In this document: positions 53,301 to 64,000 of the stretch, one piece after another
How positions within the stretch are numbered: position 1 is the stretch's first letter
How the letters are laid out: each line of letters opens with the position of its first letter
Assembly (NCBI GenBank): GCA_023515725.1
Contig: JALDTO010000266.1
Location: 171,345-235,344, forward strand
From: Amoeboaphelidium protococcarum X5
Taxonomy: Eukaryota > Fungi > Aphelidiomycota
Direction: 5' to 3'
DNA: 64,000 nucleotides
Program-made: the position numbers and the translations under genes
The notes under the pieces: generated by a model
Databases searched by the model: none
Told to the model about the DNA's origin: nothing
What the model saw: the letters and a program-made list of their open reading frames with translations, nothing else

Positions 53301-56300
53301 TCTGAGTTATCCCTATACGAATCTGCAGCTGATTTTATTTCTAATGCGTTGAGTTACTCCTCACCGCAAGATTGGCAGGAGCACAAAACTTAGATGCAAG
53401 CAATGTACTACATCAAGCTCACATCTCATCTTTATCTTGCCAACTTCAAGTCAGTAAGTAATGCTATAGATGAAGTTAAGGCTCATCTGAAGGATACTAT
53501 TGATTTGGCGAAATTTTAAATGTTGTTCATAGAGTATCATATGGCTCAAGGAGAGACTACCTAGGCAATTTCTTTGGGACTCGAAGCATTGAAGAATTTG
53601 GGATTTGGTATCCCAACTAGTGACAGCGGTAGAGAAGAGTTGAAGTATGCTGCCAGAGGTATCGATTTGGATGTTGATCAACTCTAAATAGCCACAGATC
53701 AGAAGGTGGTACTTGCAATGAAGATCTCTTGCGGTCTTATCGGACCTGTGTATTTTGGTTAGCCAGAACTTCTTCCTGCCATCATCTATAATATGACAAT
53801 GATATCTGTCTAGAAGGGAATCACTCCTGAAGGATCATACGGGTTGGTGTTGTAGGGAATGTTGGAGGCTATCACAGTTGAGGAATCCACTTTGGCCAAA
53901 AGTTTTTAGTTTGGTACGTATGGCATGAAAGCCATCAGTAGATTCCCTGAAAACGCGCTCCATTGTTAGTGTAACAAGGTGTTTGCATCCCACATTGTGC
54001 CATGGAGTGAGAATCTCAATCATTCTTTACATCACTTTGATACAGCCATTCAGGTTGGTACGAGAACATTTTAAATTGAATATATTGGTTACGGGATAGC
54101 TGAGCATACTGGTTTTCAAATTATCTGCGGTATACCTTTGCAGTCGATTCTGGAGAAAGGTGTGCCCAATCTCGCAGTGGTTGAATCTTTTGGTCATTAT
54201 ATAGGCATTCAATACACACGTATCATGTTGTAAGCTGCAGAGTGTCTCATTGGTGTTGACTGTGATATTAAAACTAGATTGATGGGCTCCTTTTTTAATG
54301 ATTCGGATGAGTAGCTGATGCAGAGTCTTGAATCCTTTGGGCTTATATAATTTTGTATCCATTTATGGCGTATGATTATATGTTATGTGTGGGGCGACTA
54401 CGAACAGGCTGTAAAGGAAGGGCATAAGTGTGGCCAATCAGCTGGAGGGGCTCCTGGTATATTCTTCACTTCTCTGTATTACTATTATGACGCGTTGTCT
54501 ATCCTCGCTCTGCTACCTGTCGGTTCTCAGATCCCTGAAAAAGTGCTGAATCATTTCCACAAGATACAGGTACTCTCAGAACGTTGTCCTTCAAATTTTG
54601 CGTGTCGTTATAAGCATCTTGAAGCTGAGATTTGCCGCGTGAGAGGCGAGGATTACATTCGAATTTTGAATCTGGCCTCTTCCATTGCTTATTCTAATGG
54701 TCAACGGAAGGCTGCCGGTGTGATTGATGAGGCATTGTGCAAGTACTACAAGGAGACGAATCAGCCCAGATTGGCCAAGTTTTTTGCGGTTGAAGCATAC
54801 GAGAAGTTTTAAGGTCAGGGCCTGAAGAGTAAAGCTGAGTAGATGAAAGAAGAGGCTTAGTAATTGAATTAGTATTCGTATGGACCAAGTTTTATGAATC
54901 TGGACATTGAGACTGTGATGAAATCTTCAATGACCGTTGGCTAGGAGATGAAGTTGGATTCACTGATTAAAAGTTTGATGAACATCTTGCTATAGACTAG
55001 CGGAGCTTAATAGGTCATACTCCATCTGAGCAATTTGAAAGTCAATACCAAATCTGATGTTGTCTATTAGTTGCTTTTTGGCCAGGATCAGGCAGTGCTC
55101 ATATCTATAGATTATGCTCCATTGGAATTGTTTGATGCCGTCAGGAAGTAGTAGAAGGTATTTGTGAAATCTAGTGCGAATTTATTTACGACTCTCAGCA
55201 TCGATTATAATATTATGGATAATTATGTCAGTGTCAAAGCTCCTGATGTGAAGAGTATTCTCTGCTTTCCCATCATAAACCACGGTATTACTTTGGGAGT
55301 TGCATATTTCACAAATGATGTTATGGAGGGATCTTTTACGCCTAATAGAATCCGCGCTCTTACTCTCATTACTGCGCAGGCTGCGGTGTCCATTGTGAAC
55401 TCTTCTCTGTACGAAGAACTTGCTGAACACAATCGGAATTTGGAAAATTTAGTCGCGCAGCGTACTGCCGAGTTAAGAGCTGCCAAAGATGTGGCAGAGA
55501 GGGCCACGAGTGCCAAGTCTATGTTCTTGGCTAATATGTCTCATGAGATTAGAACTCCCATGAATTCTGTTATAGGTATGGCTGAGTGTTTGTAAAGGAC
55601 TCCGCTGGATAGTATTCAGACGGAATATGTTAGCATCTTGCATTCTAGCGCTAATGACCTACTCGCTATCATTAATGATATCCTCGATTTCAGCAAGATT
55701 GAGTCCGGGAAATTGGAACTTAACCAGTGTATGTTCAATTTCACTCAAATGATGGACAAAGCGATGGACCTGTTCGCCCAGAAGTCTGATGAAAAGTAGA
55801 TTTATCTCATCAATGAACATGATCGTGACATGATTATTATGGGTGATGAGACTCGATTGAGACAGATAATCATTAATTTGGTTTCAAATGCTCTAAAGTT
55901 TACACAGAAAGGATTCATTAAGATCAGATCTGAATTTGAGTATGAAAACACTCAAGAGTAGAGTAGTAGACGCATGGTTGTGTCGGTGCAGGATACTGGA
56001 ATTGGCATATCTCCGGAGAATGTGAAGAAGTTGTTCAACAGCTTCACCCAGGCTGATTCTTCAATCTCGAAATCATTTGGCGGCACTGGACTTGGCCTGG
56101 CCATAGTGAAGAAGCTGTGCAATTTAATGGGTGGCGATGTTCAGGTGGAATCAACATTAGGAGTTGGGTCGGTTTTCAAATACTGGTTTAACTGTGGTAG
56201 TCCATAAATGTTGCAGTATGATGAGCTTGTGTCCGTAGAAGACAATGTTATTGCATAGATTGAATTCAGTTGTGATTAATTGTCAGGTATGATTAGCCGG

Positions 56301-56999
56301 TACGTGGGTAGTTGGGGATTTAAGATCTCCACGCCAGATAGTAGTAGTACTTCGGATCGACTTTTGCTTCTGCTGGAATAAAAATCTGAAGAGACGTGTC
56401 GCACTGTGATCAAGTAAATGAAAGAGCGCTGCTCTCGCCTCGATGTTGTTCTTATAGTGCCGCTTGATTTTGAAAAGTCTCAGTACCTAGGATGTCATCT
56501 ACTTAGGCGTCCAGTGAAAAAGCGTGCGCTCTATGAGATGCTTTCCGCAATATATAAAACTAATCGCGGCTCCACACCGCTGGTAGACCATGCTGATACT
56601 CCTGTGAATTTTAATCACTATGAAGCTGTTAGAATTCTCATTTGCGAAGATAATCCTATCAATTAGAAAGTTGCTGTACATATTTTGAAGAATCTCAAGT
56701 TTACCAATGTCAAGATTGCTAATAATGGTCAGGAGGGACTGGATATTCTGGAAGGAAATTCTTTTATGCCTGATATAGTGCTCATGGATTGCCAGATGCC
56801 TATAATGGATGGCTTGGAAGCGACAAGACGCATCAGAGGCGACGAACGGTTCAGCCATTTGTGGATTATTGGATTGACTGCCAATGCCTCAGAACAAGAC
56901 AAGGTCACGTGCCTACAAGCGGGAATGAATGATTTCCTCAGCAAGCCATTCAAAATACAAGACTTACAAGAGAAACTGACCTCCGTATTTAGATAGTGA
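50325..56999 (+). CDS. Hybrid histidine kinase: Ser/Thr-kinase-like, AAA/P-loop, GAF, HisKA, HATPase and receiver domains (group X / Chk1-like), ~2224 aa
   Basis: [80 protein letters not shown] (TAG), [20 protein letters not shown]. All fragments are in one frame. Confidence 0.93.
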
Positions 57000-57140
57000 T
57001 GATATTTAGTAGGCGTCATTAGTCTTCTAACTGAGCTAGTTATATGAAAAGAGGTCGAAGTATAATAGAGCCGTAATTGGCAATTAAATTTATCATCTAC
57101 TATCTATTTAAATTTATTTTAATTGAATTCAAATCATAAA

Positions 57141-57815
57141 TCAGTTAATCAGAGCCAGTGCAATGAGTGATACTGCTCCAACAACTGCAACATTGGCACT
57201 GACACCAGAAGCAGCTGAATCATCTAAAAATCTGTTACCATTTGGACTGTTGGCCTTATCAGGGTAGACACAGAGTAACTGCAGAGAGGAAGCAGCAGAA
57301 GTGGACTGACAGTCTGATGTGTACGTTACAGTATCACACTTGGAACAGCCAGCATCCTGACAAACCTGGTAGATTGGTCTGCCACCATTACAGTTCACCA
57401 GACGCCATTACGTGATGGCTCCGCCGGCACCAGTGGAGTATGGATGACAGTTGGCATCACCGACAACCATCTCAACTTGCTCAGGATTACCTGTACACTT
57501 GTCGCTAGAGGTCCAAGAGTATTTTGCCACGTACAACTGGACAATACCAGTCAGATTTAAAGGAGCAGTGTTACAACTGGTCTTGATAGACTGATAGATG
57601 CCAGAATACTCAGTACATGAGGATGTACCAACATTACTCTAACCATTTAGAGTTGGGATTTGACACTGGCCATACAGAGAGGAGGATATCACAGTAGGCT
57701 GGCCAGCACACTTGCCGTTATTCTCATAGAAGTTGCTCTGCGAGTACACAGCAGGAGACTAAGCGTGACTAAACGCGACTAACAAGGACACGATACTAGC
57801 TAATAATTATTGCAT
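57141..57815 (-). CDS. Small Cys-rich secreted, probably GPI-anchored surface protein, ~224 aa
   Basis: Signal peptide MQQLLLASIVSLLVAFSHA, about 12 Cys, and a C-terminal SAASG plus hydrophobic tail. Confidence 0.75.
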
Positions 57816-58078
57816 TACGTTAAAGAGTATTACGACTGATATTTTATTCTAGAGATTATATATAAAGAAGAAGAAAAGAAGTGATTAAGACATTGCGGTT
57901 GTCTATCAGCATTGTGGATGATCTCATTATATCCAAAAATAGTAACCTTCATTACCAATAAACGGCAATCAGTTACTCAAAATAGCACTCTATTTATATA
58001 GATGTCTTGGCTTACAAAATTAAAATTAAAATATTAATATTCGAGCAAGTAAAAATCGAACAATGTAAGTCATATTAA

Positions 58079-58846
58079 TCAAAGATTTAGAGAGGATGGA
58101 GCAGCCAACTTTTTGGACAAACGTTCACTTGGACGTCCAGTTAACTGAGAGCCAAATAGGAGAAATTTTAAATCTTTAGTAGAGCCGTCTGCCAACTGAA
58201 CACTAAACTGCAACTTGAAGATGCTGTGCTATTTACCAATAGTCTTTACACTATTCTACTCGCGTTACTTTACAGCTTGAGTAGACTGATTTACATCTTA
58301 TACCATCATGTTGTCAGCATCCTAATTACTTTATATCTCATCTGATTTACATACAATTTTGAAGCAGTTAGCCAAATCTTGGATTACAATTCCTTCTATC
58401 CCAATTTAACAGTTGGACCGAGAGTGATACACTTGAAGGATACAACCATGGAGGTCCAACTTGGTCACTTTATCTAGTAACGCGTCATTACCTCGGAGAT
58501 CTAAGTCTTTAACGCTGCTGGGTATCAAGTCCCGTATCTACTCTGACGCGTATTATAGCCAAAGGATACTAAGCGATATCACATCAGAATATTAGACGCC
58601 ATCTTTAATCTTGAAAGCTGATAGAGGCAACTTTTTCACCTTTCCAGACCGTCTCTTCTACTGATCCCTCTTCTTCTAAGCATCACTGCTGGCGCGCTTA
58701 ACCATTTCTCCTATCGTTGTTGGTCGCTCATCCAGTTTATACACTTTACGCTGTATCTTTTCACCATACAAACTATCCACTTCTCTCTTTGTACTAGTAT
58801 TTGCCAGACTATCGCTCAGCCAATCTTTCACATCTTATTCAGCCAT
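58079..58846 (-). CDS. POP4: RNase P/MRP subunit Pop4/Rpp29
   Basis: LWLQY, KLDLHGCILQV..S....IGIEGIV, FKIV, LFGSQL..RPSERLSKK. Confidence 0.85.
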
Positions 58847-58930
58847 TTTTATGATGAATTTCTTTCTATCGCTTGAAGTAAAAACTCTCTTGATCAAAAC
58901 TTTTGATTTCCGGAGTGAGTAACAATCAAC

Positions 58931-59593
58931 ATGAGTGAATAGCTAAGTAATTTTAATTACAAAACTGGCGAATCTGGTCATAAGAGAGTTAAAAAGATAA
59001 AGAAGCAAGGCGGAGATAGCGCTAAAAGTACACCCAAGTCATCTCCTAAAGCTTCGCCCAAGTTGAGTGATAAGAAGCGGCCAGTCTCTGCAGCGTCAAG
59101 TTTATAATCTTAGCCAGCTGGGCAGTAATTTGGAAATGATAATAATAATAACAATAAAGAGCACGTGCGCGTGTAACCAAGTGTTTATCATACAGATAAG
59201 ACCATAAGGGGGTTGATGCATCGGATAGGTTCACTGCAAGAGTCGGTCGCAGACTTTTATCTTCATCCTGAGGCATCTTCAGTTGATTATCTGATGGAGC
59301 GATGTCAAGCTATACAGAGTAGAATTAAGAGCTTGGAATTTTATTCAGGCGGTGCTAGTGGTATGAAGTAAGATTACATACTGGAGCCATATGCTGTACT
59401 TAGCGAATCTCAAGCTGTGACTGATTATTATTTGAGATCGCGTCTACCAGAGCCAGACGGTAAACAAGGGCCTTCCATATTATAGAATGTTGTTGATATT
59501 AACACTCAGCGACTTGTTCAATCTAAATTCGACGCGCTTCTTGAGATTTAGCAACACGCTCAAGACGTCCAAGCTGAATTTCGGGAACTATGA
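58931..59593 (+). CDS. Hypothetical protein, weak resemblance to Mediator subunit Med8, ~220 aa
   Basis: Open ATG-TGA frame with a basic N-terminus. RIGSLQESVADF...YILEP...DYYLRSRLPEP recalls Med8, but this is uncertain. Confidence 0.55.
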
Positions 59594-59714
59594 ACACAAA
59601 ACTGATAATTTGGAAAGATAGTGATACCATAAGTTTTCAACTATTAGAATTTTATTGATTTTTTTTACTAATAAAAGTTTGTAAAGTCCACTTCTCAATC
59701 TTCTCCCATTGATC

Positions 59715-59804
59715 TCACTACTACTGTCCACCTTGAGGCTGTTAATGGATCTGTTAATATGACTGGGTATTAGTAGGTCCATACACGTATCTCTATTACT
59801 GAGG

Positions 59805-59844
<40 letters not shown>

Positions 59845-60143
59845 GATTACTAAAGCTAGAACTGTTAGAATTGTTGTTGTGGAGGTGAATAATGAACAAG
59901 CGCATTTCAACGCTTATCAAACCGCAAAGTCTACTGTTTACCCTTATGACTCTGGGACTCTCTGTAAAACACCACCGCTTAGCTCTTTCTTAACAAGACA
60001 TCAAGCTAGCACTCATTTATACTAGAAAACACGTTCAGCGAAGTAATGATGTCGGAATAGTAGTTGTAACAACTAACCGTAATCTCTCCGGTCGCTTGAT
60101 CATCATCAAAGCTTGTCGATCTTCGCGGCGCTCCTTTTCTCAT
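59715..60143 (-). other. Putative small Gln-rich gene with 13xTAG run and an internal in-frame TGA (59907-59909)
   Basis: (CTA)13 at 59805-59843 sits in a frame with mixed CAA/CAG/TAA/TAG codons. The upstream ATG 60143 is in the same frame. Confidence 0.35.
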
Positions 60144-60254
60144 GAGCACTGCACTGCACTGCACTGACTGACTGACTGACTGCTCTGACTGCCCTGAACC
60201 ATTCGATTAATAACTCTCTCTCCGTAGTTGAGGGGGAAATCGTCAGTCAAAGTA

Positions 60255-61787
60255 ATGCCGACTAATAGTATAATGTAGAAAATTATAAAGGATGAGCATG
60301 TCTACTCTGGGGAAGAAAGTGCGGATGAGTTTTATCACCGTTTTAATGCAAGTAGATTGATTCAAACCCTGATACATCCGTATTGTACTCTGTGTTTTAC
60401 ACTGCCTATTATATGTATTATTCTATCTTATGCTATCCTATCCCTAATCCAGAGTCCTCACTCAATTCTATTATCTGCTGCAATTTATGGTCCATGTCTA
60501 ATCCTCGCTGGCATAGCGTTAATTTTGAGTCTTTGCCAATTGTATTTACACTTTGCGACAACTGCTGCCCGGTAAGAGGAGCGCTGGCGTGAATGGAATA
60601 GAGAAATCGCTGTTATCACTGGAGGTAATTATTCTATAATACTATTGTCTTTTAAAATTGTATTGATTTCAGGTTTTATTACTATTAATATTGAGAGTAG
60701 GATCTAGCGGAATTGGACTGTAATTAGCTGATAGACTCTCTAATCTCGGCGTCAAGGTGGCAATTCTAGACATCCAAGCGCCATTAAAGCCAATAGGTAT
60801 TAATTTATCATGATATAATTGACTGTGTACTATATTGCATCTTTGAGTATGGACTACGTAGATAACGCCAAGTTTTATCAATGTGACGTCTCAAAGTATG
60901 AACAAGTATCTGATGTTGTGCAAAGAGTGGAGCAAGAGGTAAGTTTCTAAATGTTATTATTTGAAACTTATAACAATAATATCCTACCTAACTACTTCAT
61001 TCATAGTGTAGATTGGTGAAATAACAATTTTGGTTAATAATGCTGGTATAGTCAATGGTAAACCGATTGAAGATCTCGATCCTCAACGTATTTAGAAAGT
61101 GTTCGCCGTGAATACTTTAGCTCAGTTCTGGACGGCCAAAGCTGTACTTCCTCTATTTAAACGACGCGGATATGGTCACATTATGACTATTGCCAGTACA
61201 ATGGGACTGACTGCAGTCGCTGACATGAGTAGGTTCTTATACTTGTGATATTCAGTTGATGATATTCCAGGATGATTATTAATTAGTCGCGTGTCTATGT
61301 AGCTGATTATTGTTCAAGCAAGTTTGCCGTTGTTGGATTTCATGAAGCTTTGAGACAGGAGATCCGTAGACTTCCATTTGAACATTTAATTCATACGTCC
61401 ATCGTATGTCCAGGCTTGATACTTACTGGAATGTTTAACGGAATTCGGATGGGATTTCCCTTCATTGTGCCACCTCTAAAGCCTTCTATGGTGGTTGATG
61501 AAATTGTGCGCTGTCTCACCGATGTTGTGCGTGTGCCTTCCAATGATGGTAATAAATAGTCATCTTTAATTGAAGTGTTGGCGACTGAGAAAAAGTTCAC
61601 CTTCAGTGATAGGTTGAAATAACACAAAGCATCATGGATACCGCTGACTTATTATTTGCCACCATTGTTGAATATTATTGCGCCTGTATATTTGAATGAT
61701 CTTGTAAAGTCGATGCTTGGTGGCAATGATGCAGTCACTTCGAGCTTTAAAGGACGCGGCGAATTTGCTAATCCAATTAAACTTTGA
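60255..61787 (+). CDS. Short-chain dehydrogenase/reductase (RDH10/17beta-HSD11-like); four introns
   Basis: TM N-terminus, AVITGG|SSGIG, YQCDVS, ILVNNAG, VNTLA.FW, DYCSSKFA, SFKGR. Confidence 0.9.
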
Positions 61788-62060
61788 TACACTGTACTAT
61801 ATTGATTTATCCAATTGGAAATCTTCTTATAATTGAAGACTTTATTTTCATACACCTTTTAATTTTACCCTTAAAGACACTTAGTCAGTTGAATAACGCC
61901 TCCTTCGATGAGTGGCGCCTGCGATGGCGAAAACGCGTTCCACACCGCGCTGTGGCTGGGCGCATCTTTATACTCATTATTGCTATTACAGTCAAGCATT
62001 ATTACTACTTATAAAGTCATTTAAGCTGGCGCTAACTATCATCGCTGATTTGAGTTAATT

Positions 62061-63365
62061 ATGGTGGTGGATTAAGTTGAAACAACAGCTAGTGGTGCAA
62101 AATCGCTCTAGAATACAGCTCCAATACCGATAATGAACAAGTAAGGGATGCCATTGCCGCCGATTAACACAGGTACACCTCCAACATCATTACAAATGCA
62201 ATAACAACCGGTAGCCTCTGATTAAGACTACCGCTAGCAGCAAAAGTGCTTTAACTGTGGGACATCAAATACTCCACTATGGCGAAAGACTGCGGAGGGA
62301 GATCACTTATGCAATGGTATGTTTATGAGTTGTCTTAATAGGAAGCGTGAGAAAACGATCATTTAGATTTGTGTAGCATGTGGTTTATACTTGAAGATGC
62401 ACGGACATCACAAAAGCACTTAAAAGGAAGTCAAGAGTAGCAGTGGTGTTGGAGACGGTGGATAGCCGTAGTTAAAAGATACGTCAGCTAAAAAGTCTAT
62501 TGGCGGAAGATCGAGATGCAACTCAATGAGTTAAGCTGCAAAAACTGCGGTACCAAATCGCGCTCGAGGTAAACGATCAAACTCCATTGCCTCTGTAACT
62601 GCTGCAGCATCTATTCTGTCTACTTTGAATGAGTCTATGCCCAATTTACCGCGTACTCCTCCTCAGTCTAGCTAGAAGAATTCATCCACTCAATCTAGTG
62701 GTCCTATCCGATCCCGCCAGAGTAGAAAGAACTCTTTGATTAATGCAACTTTGCCGCCGATTGTTGATCAATCGTCCCATGCATTGTCATCGTCTTTAAA
62801 CAATCAAGCCTTAATCCGTAATAACTAAAAGTTGGTGAACAAGTCAACTTTAGTCACGTTTAAGGGCAATATTTATAAAGCTGGTGATGGGATTGTAACA
62901 GTGGTTGACTATCAGAGTAGGAAAGAGTTGTATGGTGTTATCAGAGCGTTCATACAAGATCAAGGAATTGATTTCTTTTATGCCACTTGGATAAGAGCTG
63001 GTGTCAATGGTAATGTATTACACTTGAACGATAAAGGGGAAGAATGTCTCTGCGTTGGAGAGTAAGTTCTTGGCCACGAGGATACTATTCCACTACCTCT
63101 CGCGTCAATAAACAGAAAGGTTAATGTTGTATATTCTCCTCCGACTCCTGATTCCAACATTAATTATTTACTCTATGCGGCCAGACAGGTGTAGTCTGAT
63201 TAAGTAGTAAACCAAATGCAAACTGAGACGCAACAACGGTCGGAACACTCAACTACAAATACAAAGTCGTCGGCCAACAAGGAGAACGTCATTGAGGTGA
63301 CTTAATAATCGCCGAAAAAGTCATCGACCGAATTAATGGCAGCACTTGGTCTGCTTGAATTGTGA
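62061..63365 (+). CDS. GATA zinc-finger protein with C-terminal BAH-like region (GATAD1-like); one intron
   Basis: CFNCGTSNTPLWRK....LCN|ACGL and FKGNIYKAGD.IVTVVD....LYGVIRAFIQDQ....ATWI. Confidence 0.8.
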
Positions 63366-63528
63366 ACTATTTTTTAACAAGTTTAAATATTTGTGCCATT
63401 ATAATTCATGGTAGAATGTTGTTCTTCTATTAATCGCGCTTTAATCGCCTGCAATTGATTTTCCATATCGAAATCTTGATCTTTCTACTTCAATGAAAGT
63501 GATCGTCGATCTAAAATTACTCAACAGA

Positions 63529-64000
63529 ATGAAAACGGTTTGTGTCTATTGTGGTTCTTCTAAAGGTAAGAATGCTGTTTACGCTAGTTAAGCACAAGCT
63601 CTGGCTTAGGAATTTATCAAGCGGGGTATCAAGTTGATTTATGGTGGCGGTAATCTTGGACTAATGGCTGAGGTGGCGCGAAGTATCACCGACAATGGCG
63701 GGAAAGTTGTCGGTATTATACCGAAAGCTTTACACGCTGTCAGTGGAGATGGATATGGCGAGACTGTTGTGGTTGATACTATGCATGAGCGAAAATCTCT
63801 AATGTCTGATATGTCTGACGCGTTTATATCTCTCCCTGGCGGATTCGGCACTCTGGAAGAACTCATAGAGACCACGACATGGAGTCAGCTGAGAATACAT
63901 AATAAACCTGTTGGAATCTTGAATGTGAATGGGTATTACGATCACTTGATCAAATGGATGGACCACGCTGTAACGGAAGGCTTTATTGACGAGTAGAGCA
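63529..64000 (+). CDS. LOG family nucleotide 5'-monophosphate phosphoribohydrolase (3' truncated by window; alternative ATG 63493)
   Basis: VCVYCGSS.G, YGGGNLGLM, MHERK, PGGFGTLEE, TWSQL.IH.KP. Confidence 0.93.

Noticed and set aside
59588-59920. Poly-Ser ORF from the supplied track
   Set aside because: It is a shifted reading of the (TAG)n run. The flanking codons favour the Gln frame.
60147-60197. CACTG/ACTG short-period repeats
   Set aside because: Simple low-complexity promoter-region repeat with no further structure.

Overview
Gene-dense eukaryotic (fungus-related opisthokont) genomic DNA that uses a non-standard genetic code: TAA and TAG are read as glutamine and only TGA is a stop (NCBI table 6). 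The supplied ORF track is therefore heavily fragmented. Re-reading with TAR=Gln joins the fragments into about 28 intact genes, some with short GT-AG introns: TLDc, WD40, a secreted hydrolase, STE11-like MAP3K, Rab11, Bet3, USP5/Ubp14, Pgs1, PLK4, Mog1, GT54, GT49, LINKIN/ITFG1, a cAMP-receptor-like GPCR, Opi1, DRG1, LtrA, aldose 1-epimerase, an EF-hand protein, a 2224-aa hybrid histidine kinase, Pop4, SDR, GATAD1-like and LOG, plus a tRNA-Lys(UUU). The code together with fungal-type and ancestral opisthokont genes best fits an aphelid such as Amoeboaphelidium protococcarum (inference). There are three accessory regions. (1) 15.3-17.4 kb: a KilA-N-like ORF coupled by an ATGA stop/start overlap to an orphan ORF, followed by a 175-bp hairpin-containing tandem repeat. 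(2) 25.3-26.6 kb: gag and Helitron relics. (3) 35-43 kb: an ~8-kb island of decayed transposons. All translations were done by hand and family calls come from motif recognition, not database searches.
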